Source of the DNA: Burkholderiales bacterium
GTDB taxonomy: Bacteria; Pseudomonadota; Gammaproteobacteria; Burkholderiales; Usitatibacteraceae
Assembly (NCBI GenBank): GCA_031364925.1
Contig: JANLXC010000131.1
Location: 423-64,422 of the forward strand
Reading direction: 5' to 3'
Length of the DNA stretch: 64,000 nt
A program made the position numbers and the translations under genes. Below the pieces are notes generated by a model. That model was not told where the DNA came from. It was given only the letters and a program-made list of their open reading frames with translations, and ran no database searches. Of the stretch, positions 7,952-15,759 are shown piece after piece; position 1 is the stretch's first letter, and the number at the start of each line of letters is the position of its first letter.

Positions 7952-9577
7952 ATGACCCCCGATTCCCGAATCGCCGAGGAGACCTCCCGGCGCCGCACCT
8001 TCGCGATCATCTCGCACCCCGACGCGGGCAAGACCACCCTCACCGAGAAGCTCCTCCTTTTCGCCGGCGCCATCCACATCGCCGGCAGCGTGAAGGCGCG
8101 CAAGGCCACGCGCCACGCCACTTCCGACTGGATGGAGATCGAGAAGCAGCGCGGCATCTCCGTGGCGAGCTCCGTCATGCAGATGGAGTTCCGTGGCAAC
8201 GTGATCAACCTCCTCGACACGCCGGGCCACCAGGACTTCTCCGAAGACACCTATCGGGTGCTGACGGCGGTGGACGCGGCGCTGATGGTGATCGACGCCG
8301 TGAACGGCGTCGAGTCGCAGACCATCCGTCTTCTCGAAGTCTGCCGCGCGCGCAATACGCCGATCATCACCTTCATCAACAAGCTCGACCGCGAAGGCAA
8401 GGAGCCGCTCGCGTTGTTGGACGAGATCGAGCGCATCCTGAAGATCCCGACCGTTCCCTTCACCTGGCCGGTGGGCATGGGCAAGCGCTTCGGCGGCGTG
8501 TTCGACATTCGCGCCGACCAGATGCGCGTCTTCAAGGCGGGCGAGGATCGCCGCCAGGACGACGAGGAGATCATCTCCGGCATCGACAACCCGCAGAACG
8601 AACAGCGCTTCGGCGGCGAGTTCACCCACGCCCGCGGCGAGATCGAGCTTCTCGAAGGCGCCTCCCACGAATTCCATCGCGAAGAGTTTCTCCGCGGCAA
8701 GCAGACGCCGGTCTTCTTCGGCTCGGCCATCAACAACTTCGGCGTGAAGGAAGTCCTCGACGCGCTGATCGACCTGGCGCCCCCGCCCGGCCCCAAGCCC
8801 GCCGTGCAGAGGATCGTCGAGCCCACCGAGGAGAAGTTCACCGGCGTGGTCTTCAAGATCCAGGCGAACATGGATCCCGCCCACCGAGACCGCGTGGCAT
8901 TCGTGCGCGTCGCCTCCGGCAGGTTCGAGCGCGGCATGAAGGTGAAGCTGGTGCGTACCGGCAAGGAAGTAAAGACCGCGAGCGCGGTGTCGTTCCTCTC
9001 GCAGCGCCGCGAGATCCTCGAGGACGCATACCCCGGCGACATCGTGGGCCTGCCCAATCGCGGCGTGCTGCAGCTCGGCGACACGCTCACCGAGGGCGAG
9101 ACGCTGCAGTTCACCGGCCTGCCATTCTTCGCACCCGAGATCTTCCACACCGTGGAAGTCGCGGACCCGATGCGCAACAAGCAGCTTCGCACCGGGCTGC
9201 AGCAGCTCGGCGAGGAGGGCGCGATCCAGGTGTTCCGTCCCCACCAGGGCGGGGCGCTGCTGCTCGGCGCCGTGGGCCAGCTCCAGCTGGACGTGGTCGC
9301 GCATCGCCTCGAGCACGAATACTCGGCGGCGGCGCGCATGCGTCCCAGCAACTACAAGCTCGCGCGATGGGTGAGTGCCGCCGAGCCCGCGGAGCTCGAG
9401 CGCTTCATCGAGGCCAACGCCTACCGCGTCGCCTACGACGTGGTCGACGCGCCGGCCGTGCTCTACAACCATCAGCTGGAGCTCAAGGCCGCGCGCGAGA
9501 TCTGGCCCAGGATCGAGTTCCACGCCATGCGCGAGCATGGCGGATTGGTGGTGCACTCGGGGCTGCTCGCGGCCTAG
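7952..9577 (+). CDS. prfC: peptide chain release factor 3
   Basis: 541 aa. GTPase motifs (AIISHPDAGKTTLTEKLL, DTPGHQDF, NKLD) and full-length RF3 pattern. Confidence 0.95.
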   Translation: MTPDSRIAEETSRRRTFAIISHPDAGKTTLTEKLLLFAGAIHIAGSVKARKATRHATSDWMEIEKQRGISVASSVMQMEFRGNVINLLDTPGHQDFSEDTYRVLTAVDAALMVIDAVNGVESQTIRLLEVCRARNTPIITFINKLDREGKEPLALLDEIERILKIPTVPFTWPVGMGKRFGGVFDIRADQMRVFKAGEDRRQDDEEIISGIDNPQNEQRFGGEFTHARGEIELLEGASHEFHREEFLRGKQTPVFFGSAINNFGVKEVLDALIDLAPPPGPKPAVQRIVEPTEEKFTGVVFKIQANMDPAHRDRVAFVRVASGRFERGMKVKLVRTGKEVKTASAVSFLSQRREILEDAYPGDIVGLPNRGVLQLGDTLTEGETLQFTGLPFFAPEIFHTVEVADPMRNKQLRTGLQQLGEEGAIQVFRPHQGGALLLGAVGQLQLDVVAHRLEHEYSAAARMRPSNYKLARWVSAAEPAELERFIEANAYRVAYDVVDAPAVLYNHQLELKAAREIWPRIEFHAMREHGGLVVHSGLLAA

Positions 9578-9703
9578 GGCCCCGTCGGCTTCGCTGAACC
9601 TTATTTCCCACCCGCCCATGTGGGGAAAAGCCCTTGCGCCGGCCATGAGGCGGAGTATTAACTCCTGCTAGGCGTCAAAAAACAAGAGCGCAGGGGCGGG
9701 CCA

Positions 9704-11527
9704 ATGAAAAAGCTCATCGTGCTGTCCGACGGCACCGGCAACAGCGCGCGCGCGTTGGCCAAGACCAATGTGTGGCGCACCTACCAGGCGCTCGACTTGG
9801 CGACGGGCGACCAGCTCGCGCAATACGACGACGGGGTCGGCACCTCGGCGCTGAAGCCCCTCGCGATCCTGGGCGGCGCATTCGGGTGGGGGCTCAAGCG
9901 CAACGTGCTCCACCTCTACAAGTTCCTCTGCCGCAACTACGAGCCGGGAGACGAGATCTACGGATTCGGCTTCAGCCGCGGCGCCTTCACGATCCGGCTG
10001 CTGATGGGCCTGGTGACGAAGCAGGGCCTGGTTCGCGCGCATTCCGAGGAAGAGCTCGACTATCTCGCCAATGCGGCGTATCGCGCGTATCGCAAGCAGA
10101 GCTTCAAGCGCCCGGCGTCGCTCAGCGGCATAGGCCGCGTCGTCCGTGATTTCTTCGTGGACCTGCAGACACGGCTGCTGGGACTGAAGAAGTACGACAA
10201 GGACAAGAATCGCCAGGTCGACGAGGTGAAGTTCCTCGGCCTGTGGGACACCGTCGACGCCTACGGCGTCCCGATCAAGGAGCTCAAGGCGGGCATCGAC
10301 CGCTTCATCTGGCCGCTGCTCTTCGAGAACAACGAGCCATCGGACAAGATCGCGCACGCGTGCCACGCGCTCGCTCTCGACGACGAGCGTGCGACTTTCC
10401 ACCCGATGGTCTGGAACGTCACGAAGATTCCCAGGCCGGAGCGGATCCAGCAGGTGTGGTTTCCCGGCATGCACGCCGATGTCGGTGGCGGCTATCCGGA
10501 CGACGCCCTTTCCCATGTCCCCCTGCTTTGGATTCTCGGCGAGGCCGCCGCGCCTGGCAGGCTGCGGCTGAAGCCCGAGATCGTGAGGAACTACGAGCTG
10601 GCGGCATCGCCCCTGGGAACGATGCACGATTCCCGGTCCGGCATCACTTCCTACTATCGCTATTCCCCGCGCCTGGCGACGTATCTCTGTGATCCAACCC
10701 CGCCCAGGATCCACCCGTGCGTCCAGGATCGCATCGATCACGGCGGCGACCGGTACGCGCCCATTTCGATCCCCGGGCCGAAGGGAAAGGAACTCCAGTA
10801 CGAGATGGCGTGGGACACGGTGTGGTGGCGTCGCGCCGCGTATTGGGCGATGCTCGCATCGACCGCGTTTCTCGTCAGCCTCGCTTTCTGGGAGCTGCCG
10901 GCGCCCTGGTGGGACGCATGGGCGCAGGTCATCGTGAATCCGCTGGTCGACTGGGCGCAGAGCGCGGCGCCGATCATCGAAGATCCCCTCGGCGACATGC
11001 GCAAGAATCCCACCGCGGTCCTCGTTTGCCTCGTAGGCATCGTCGCCTGCTTCTTGTGGGGCCGTCTTCTCGCCGGGCGAATCAACGACCGCGCCGAGGA
11101 GATCTGGGAGCAGCGAACCAGCGACAACCAGGTCGAATGGTTCAAGCAAAGCATCCTGCGGTGGCGCGCCATTTCCGTCACGAACGTCGTGGTCGCCGCG
11201 GGGATCCTGTTCGCGGCTTGGTACGGGGATGGGGCGGTCGGGTGGGCGCAAGGATTCCTGGTCGTGACGATCCTGTTCGCCCTCTGGCGCTACAAGTACG
11301 ACAAGGATCGCAAGGACCAGATGAAGCATGGAGACGCAACGAGCATTCGCGGCTGGTCGTTGCGCCTGGCCTACATCGTGCGCACTTCCGCGCCGATAGT
11401 CGCGTTCGCGAAATGGACATCGCACACCGCGATCCCGTTCCTGTTCGCGTTGGCGCTCGGAGGCGGTGCCTTTTATGCCGCGTACGCGCTGTTGAAGGTG
11501 ACGGGACTCTTCGGAATGTCGGTGTAG
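9704..11527 (+). CDS. membrane-anchored DUF2235 (Tle1-like alpha/beta hydrolase) protein
   Basis: 607 aa. N-terminus MKKLIVLSDGTGNS ... YDDGVGT ... GFGFSRGAF (GxSxG) ... WFPGMHADVGGGY is the DUF2235 signature. The C-terminal ~220 aa contain about 5 hydrophobic TM segments. Confidence 0.85.
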   Translation: MKKLIVLSDGTGNSARALAKTNVWRTYQALDLATGDQLAQYDDGVGTSALKPLAILGGAFGWGLKRNVLHLYKFLCRNYEPGDEIYGFGFSRGAFTIRLLMGLVTKQGLVRAHSEEELDYLANAAYRAYRKQSFKRPASLSGIGRVVRDFFVDLQTRLLGLKKYDKDKNRQVDEVKFLGLWDTVDAYGVPIKELKAGIDRFIWPLLFENNEPSDKIAHACHALALDDERATFHPMVWNVTKIPRPERIQQVWFPGMHADVGGGYPDDALSHVPLLWILGEAAAPGRLRLKPEIVRNYELAASPLGTMHDSRSGITSYYRYSPRLATYLCDPTPPRIHPCVQDRIDHGGDRYAPISIPGPKGKELQYEMAWDTVWWRRAAYWAMLASTAFLVSLAFWELPAPWWDAWAQVIVNPLVDWAQSAAPIIEDPLGDMRKNPTAVLVCLVGIVACFLWGRLLAGRINDRAEEIWEQRTSDNQVEWFKQSILRWRAISVTNVVVAAGILFAAWYGDGAVGWAQGFLVVTILFALWRYKYDKDRKDQMKHGDATSIRGWSLRLAYIVRTSAPIVAFAKWTSHTAIPFLFALALGGGAFYAAYALLKVTGLFGMSV

Positions 11528-11964
11528 CTGCGCGGCGGCAAGTCCAGGCGCAGCGTCCAGTTCTCGATGCGTTGCGACAGCGACGCGAGGCTCTCGAAGA
11601 TCACCGGCTTCACGACATAGCCGTTGACGTGGAACTCGCACCCCATCGCGCGCTCGCCTTCGCACCGCGAGGTGCATAGCGCGGCCACCGGAATGCGGCG
11701 CAGCCCTTCGGCCAGCCGCACCTGGCGAAGGACGGCGAAGCCGTCGGTGCCGGGCATGTTGAGGTCGAGGAGGATCACGTCGGGCAGGGGAAAGCGGCGA
11801 CGCGCTTCGAAGTGCCCCCGGCCAAAGAGATAATCAAGCGCTTCCTGCCCGCCGCGCGCGGTGTGCACCGCACGGCCCAGGCAGCGCCTGCGCAGCGCCT
11901 CGAGGGTCTGTTGAAGGTCTGCCGCGTCGTCGTCGACCAGCAAGATCCGAATTTCCGTCTCCAT
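11473..11964 (-). CDS. orphan single-domain response regulator (receiver)
   Basis: 163 aa. ILLVDDD, phospho-acceptor context VILLDLNMPGTDG, YVVKP lysine. No output domain. The 3' end overlaps the DUF2235 gene by 55 nt (convergent). Confidence 0.8.
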   Translation of the reverse strand: METEIRILLVDDDAADLQQTLEALRRRCLGRAVHTARGGQEALDYLFGRGHFEARRRFPLPDVILLDLNMPGTDGFAVLRQVRLAEGLRRIPVAALCTSRCEGERAMGCEFHVNGYVVKPVIFESLASLSQRIENWTLRLDLPPRSYTDIPKSPVTFNSAYAA

Positions 11965-12043
11965 CGCTTGTCTCCTGAGTGCGAATCCATGGTTCCGCTT
12001 CGCGCGCGTGTCGTCCTTCAGGGGCCTTAAGCGTTCTAAAAAA

Positions 12044-13726
12044 ATGAGCCGTACGGACTACAATCTTTCCATGGCACGCATCGCCGGACTGTTGCTCGCG
12101 GCGGCACTTGCCGCGCCGGTGGCCCATGCCCAGAAAAGCACGGTGTGCACCATCACCGTCAATTCCGCCGACGAGCGCGAGCAGTTCCGCCGTTTCCTGC
12201 CCGAAGAAAAGTTCCAGTTCGTGGAGCTGGTGGAGCGCGGCCGCCCCGACTGGCTTGCATCGGCATGCCGCCAGGAGATCCAGTGCGATGTACTCCTCGT
12301 ATCGGGGCATTTCGCGGGCACCGAGTTCTACTCGTCGAGCTTCGAGGTGAACGAGTCGCTGCCGGTGGACGAGATGCAGCGCGCGCAATGCAGCGCCTCG
12401 TGCCCCGGGCTCTTCTCGCGGCTGAAGGAGGTGTACCTCTTCGGCTGCGACACGTTGAAGGCCGAGCCGGTGAGGAGCGCCATGCCCGAGGTCGTCCGCA
12501 ACTTGTTGCGCGCGGGGCGCGCGCGCGCTGATTCCGAGCGCGTCGCGCGGGCCATGAGCGAGCGGCACGCAGAATCGAGCCGGGACCTCATGCGGCGCGT
12601 CTTCTGGGGAGTGCCGGTGATCTACGGCTTCCAGTCGCTCGCACCCTATGGCCGGATGGCGGGGCCGATGCTGTCGCGCTACTTCGAAGCGGGCGGGGCC
12701 GAGGAGGTGGGCACTGGCCGGCCGAGCGAATCGTTGCTGCGGCTTTTCGGGCCCAGCAGCATGACGGTGGCCGCGGGGATGCGCGACGGCGAGCCCAACG
12801 CCGATTTCCGGACCCAGGTGTGCCGTTATTACGACGATCGCCTGACCCCGGCGCAGAAGCTGGCTTCCATTCATCGCACCATGGAAGGCGACAGCGGCGA
12901 GTTGCGCATGTCGTTCGATCGCATCGAGCGCTTCGTCGAAGCGCTGCGCGAGGGCGATCGCGCCGATCCGTCCTTCGTGCAGGAGCTCGCCTCCCTCGCC
13001 CACGATCGCCGGGTGCGCAAGCGCTATCTCGACCTCGCGCGCGACACAGAGGATCCGGCGTTGCGCGTGCGCATGATCACGATGGCGCGTTCGTTCGGCT
13101 GGCTCACGGCACAGGAGCAGCACGTGGAGCTGGGGCGCATGATCGCCGACGTCCTCAAGTCCGATTCCGCGGGCTATGGCGAAATCGACCTGATCTGCAC
13201 CCTCAACAAGGATCGCTCCCTCGACGCGGAGCTGCGGCAAGTCAAGTCGGTCGGCCCCATGGCGATGCGCACGGTACGCGAGGCCGCGCGCGCCTGCCTG
13301 GGGAGCGAGGAGGCGAGGGCGCGCGTGCTGAAGGCTATCGCGAGCCCCGATGAGCGCGACGTCCGGATCGTGCAGGCCTACTTGCGCCACCAGCCCATAG
13401 CCGACGACAAGGAGCTGCGCGGGGCGGCGTTGAGCGTGGCCCGCATGCAAGGCTCCAGCGCCCAGGTGCGCGCCCTGGAGACCCTTGCCCGGCAGCGGAT
13501 CGCCGACCGCGAGGTGCTCGAGGAGCTGCGCCGCCTCTATCCGCGGGCCGCCTCCCCCGACGTGCAGCGGGCGATCGCGGAAATCTTCATCCGTTCGGGC
13601 GAGCGCTCGTATGCAAACCCGGAATTCGTGGCGTTCCTGCGCCAATACCGCCTCGCGGAGGGCGGCAACGACCTGGTCGACGTCCTGATCGCCCAGCTCC
13701 TGCTCCAAATGGAGGATGCCAGATAG
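12044..13726 (+). CDS. secreted hypothetical protein: N-terminal caspase-like (clan CD-type His/Cys) domain + C-terminal HEAT-like repeats
   Basis: From ORF 12008..13726. The start is ambiguous (12044 or 12071). Signal peptide ..GLLLAAALAAPVAHA. DVLLVSGH (His codon 12308) and EVYLFGC (Cys codon 12446) lie 46 residues apart, each preceded by a hydrophobic strand. The C-terminal half has ASPDERDVRIVQAYL / ASPDVQRAIAEIFI type repeats. Confidence 0.7.
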   Translation: MSRTDYNLSMARIAGLLLAAALAAPVAHAQKSTVCTITVNSADEREQFRRFLPEEKFQFVELVERGRPDWLASACRQEIQCDVLLVSGHFAGTEFYSSSFEVNESLPVDEMQRAQCSASCPGLFSRLKEVYLFGCDTLKAEPVRSAMPEVVRNLLRAGRARADSERVARAMSERHAESSRDLMRRVFWGVPVIYGFQSLAPYGRMAGPMLSRYFEAGGAEEVGTGRPSESLLRLFGPSSMTVAAGMRDGEPNADFRTQVCRYYDDRLTPAQKLASIHRTMEGDSGELRMSFDRIERFVEALREGDRADPSFVQELASLAHDRRVRKRYLDLARDTEDPALRVRMITMARSFGWLTAQEQHVELGRMIADVLKSDSAGYGEIDLICTLNKDRSLDAELRQVKSVGPMAMRTVREAARACLGSEEARARVLKAIASPDERDVRIVQAYLRHQPIADDKELRGAALSVARMQGSSAQVRALETLARQRIADREVLEELRRLYPRAASPDVQRAIAEIFIRSGERSYANPEFVAFLRQYRLAEGGNDLVDVLIAQLLLQMEDAR

Positions 13727-13819
13727 CGCATCCCTGTCTTGTAGGACAGCGCATAATGGTTCCGTAGTCAGCTTGGGTTGGGCATATCGCCTTTCCGGCT
13801 GGCTGTGGAGAAGATGAAC

Positions 13820-14083
13820 ATGGCAACGACAATCACGGCGAAGGACTTGCACGACTTCATGGTCGCGGAGTTCGCGAAAGTACGCACCGCCGATTGCACC
13901 ACCTGCGTGGTTCCCAAGCCTTTCTGGGGCCCCTCGGCCGGCACCGGCTCGGTCTACTGGTACATGGAGCCCGCCGCCAACTGCCCGCACGGCTGCCGCC
14001 AGCTGATCGCGCAGATCTGGGCCAAGGCCACCACCGATTTCAACATCACCACTCCGGGCTCGCGCACCGCGATGATCGGCTAA
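13820..14083 (+). CDS. small hypothetical protein with CxxC ... CxxxC cysteines (87 aa)
   Basis: GGAG SD 9 nt upstream of ATG 13820 (alternative ATG 13814). CTTC and CPHGC motifs. A strong terminator follows immediately. No family recognised. Confidence 0.55.
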   Translation: MATTITAKDLHDFMVAEFAKVRTADCTTCVVPKPFWGPSAGTGSVYWYMEPAANCPHGCRQLIAQIWAKATTDFNITTPGSRTAMIG

Positions 14084-14117
14084 GCGTTCCCGCTTCGTTG
14101 GGCACGGCACGCGTTAC

Positions 14118-14141
14118 AAAGGGGGCTTCGGCCCCCTTTTT
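14118..14141 (+). terminator. rho-independent terminator
   Basis: AAAGGGGGC-TTCG-GCCCCCTTTTT: perfect GC stem, tetraloop, T-run; 35 nt after the stop at 14083. Confidence 0.85.
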
Positions 14142-14169
14142 GCATTTTCGGACTCGATAGAATGGGCGC

Positions 14170-15714
14170 ATGAACGGCGCCGAGAGCCTTGTCCGCACGC
14201 TGCTCGCGAGCGGGATCGATACCTGTTTCGCCAATCCCGGCACTTCGGAGATGCACTTCGTCGCGGCGCTGGACGCCGTGGCGGGCATGCGCTGCATCCT
14301 CGGCCTCGCCGAGACGGTGGTCACCGGGTGCGCCGACGGCTACGCGCGTATGGCGGGCAAGCCCGCGGCCACGCTGCTGCACTGCGGCCCGGGTTTCGCC
14401 AACGGCATCGCCAACATCCACAACGCGCGCCGCGCCAACGCGCCGATGGTCAACATCGTCGGCGACCACGCGACCTATCACCGCCAGTACGATCCGCCGC
14501 TCGCATCCGACCTCGAGGGCCTTGCGCGCGCCGTCTCGCACTGGACGCGCGCGACGCGGTCCGCGGCGACAGTCGGCGCGGATGGCGCCGCCGCCGTGCA
14601 GGCGGCGATGACGCCGCCCGGACAGATCGCAACCCTCATGCTTCCCGCCGACACCGCGTGGAACGAGGGCGGCATGGTCGCCGCCGCGCTTCCCATTCCC
14701 GAAGCGCCGCGTGTCGCCGAGCAGACCCTCGCGCACGTGGCGAAGGTGTTGCGCAATGCGCAGCCCTCGCTCCTGGTCCTTGCCGGCAAGGCGCTGTCCG
14801 AGCGCGGCCTCGTCGCGGCCCATCGCATCGCGCACGTCACGGGCGCGCGGCTGCGCACGCCGATGCAGGTCCCGCGCATGGCGCGCGGAAGGGGGCGGCC
14901 GCAGGTCCATCGCATTCCCTACGCGGTGGACGCCGCCTTGAAGGATCTCGCGGGAGTGGCGCACGTGATACTGGCAGGGGCCGCGGCGCCCGCCGCGTTC
15001 TTCGCCTATCCGGGCAAGCCCAGCCTCCTGGTTCCCGCGGATGCGCAGGTCCACGTGCTCGCGCATCCGCACGAGGACCTCGTCGCCGCGCTGGAGGACC
15101 TCGCCGACGCACTCGGCGCGCCACGCGATGCCGCCATCCCGGAAGTCGGCGAGAAGCCGCACGTCGTGCCGGGCAGGTTCGATCCCGCGGCATTCGCGAT
15201 GACGCTTGCGGCCCTCCTGCCCGAGCAATGCATCGTCGCCGAGGACGCGGTCACTTCGGGGCGTGGGCTCTTCCCGCCGACCTTCGCCGCTGCGCCGCAC
15301 GACTGGCTGCAGGTCACCGGTGGCGCGATCGGGCAAGGATTGCCATGCGCGACCGGGGCCGCGGTCGCCGCCCCAGGGCGCAAGGTCGTGTGCCTGCAGG
15401 CCGACGGCGGCGGCATGTACTCGCTGCAGGCGCTGTGGACACAGGCGCGCGAGAAGCTCGACGTGGTGAACGTGATCTTCGCCAACCGCATGTACAAGAT
15501 CCTGCAGGGAGAGCTGGTCGCCGTCGGCGCGCAGCCCGGCAACGCTTCACGCGACCTCTTCGACCTCACCCGTCCGACGATCGACTGGGTGCTCCTCGCC
15601 AAGGGCATGGGTGTGGAGGGCGTGCGCGTCGAAACGCTCGAAGGGTTCGCCGACGCCTTTCGCGCGGCATGCTCTTGCCGTGGTCCCTTCCTGATCGAGA
15701 TGGTGATTTCGTAG
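14170..15714 (+). CDS. thiamine-pyrophosphate-binding enzyme, acetolactate synthase large-subunit-like
   Basis: 514 aa. TPP_enzyme N-domain (GAESLVRTLLASGIDTCFANPGTSEMHF) and C-terminal TPP motif (GGAIGQGLPCATGAAVA ... LQADGGGMYSLQALWT). Confidence 0.9.
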   Translation: MNGAESLVRTLLASGIDTCFANPGTSEMHFVAALDAVAGMRCILGLAETVVTGCADGYARMAGKPAATLLHCGPGFANGIANIHNARRANAPMVNIVGDHATYHRQYDPPLASDLEGLARAVSHWTRATRSAATVGADGAAAVQAAMTPPGQIATLMLPADTAWNEGGMVAAALPIPEAPRVAEQTLAHVAKVLRNAQPSLLVLAGKALSERGLVAAHRIAHVTGARLRTPMQVPRMARGRGRPQVHRIPYAVDAALKDLAGVAHVILAGAAAPAAFFAYPGKPSLLVPADAQVHVLAHPHEDLVAALEDLADALGAPRDAAIPEVGEKPHVVPGRFDPAAFAMTLAALLPEQCIVAEDAVTSGRGLFPPTFAAAPHDWLQVTGGAIGQGLPCATGAAVAAPGRKVVCLQADGGGMYSLQALWTQAREKLDVVNVIFANRMYKILQGELVAVGAQPGNASRDLFDLTRPTIDWVLLAKGMGVEGVRVETLEGFADAFRAACSCRGPFLIEMVIS

Positions 15715-15759
15715 CTGGATCCGCGCTAGAGTGACGGGTCCCGGGACCGAAGGTTGATC

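Noticed and set aside
7352-9646. 764-aa minus-strand ORF
   Set aside because: It is antisense to prfC, whose identity is unambiguous. It is a low-complexity Arg/Gly/Leu-rich translation.
9668-14110. 669-aa (9668..11677) and 758-aa (11834..14110) minus-strand ORFs
   Set aside because: They are antisense to the DUF2235 and HEAT-repeat genes. Only the in-frame-independent 163-aa receiver gene (11473..11964) on that strand has family support.
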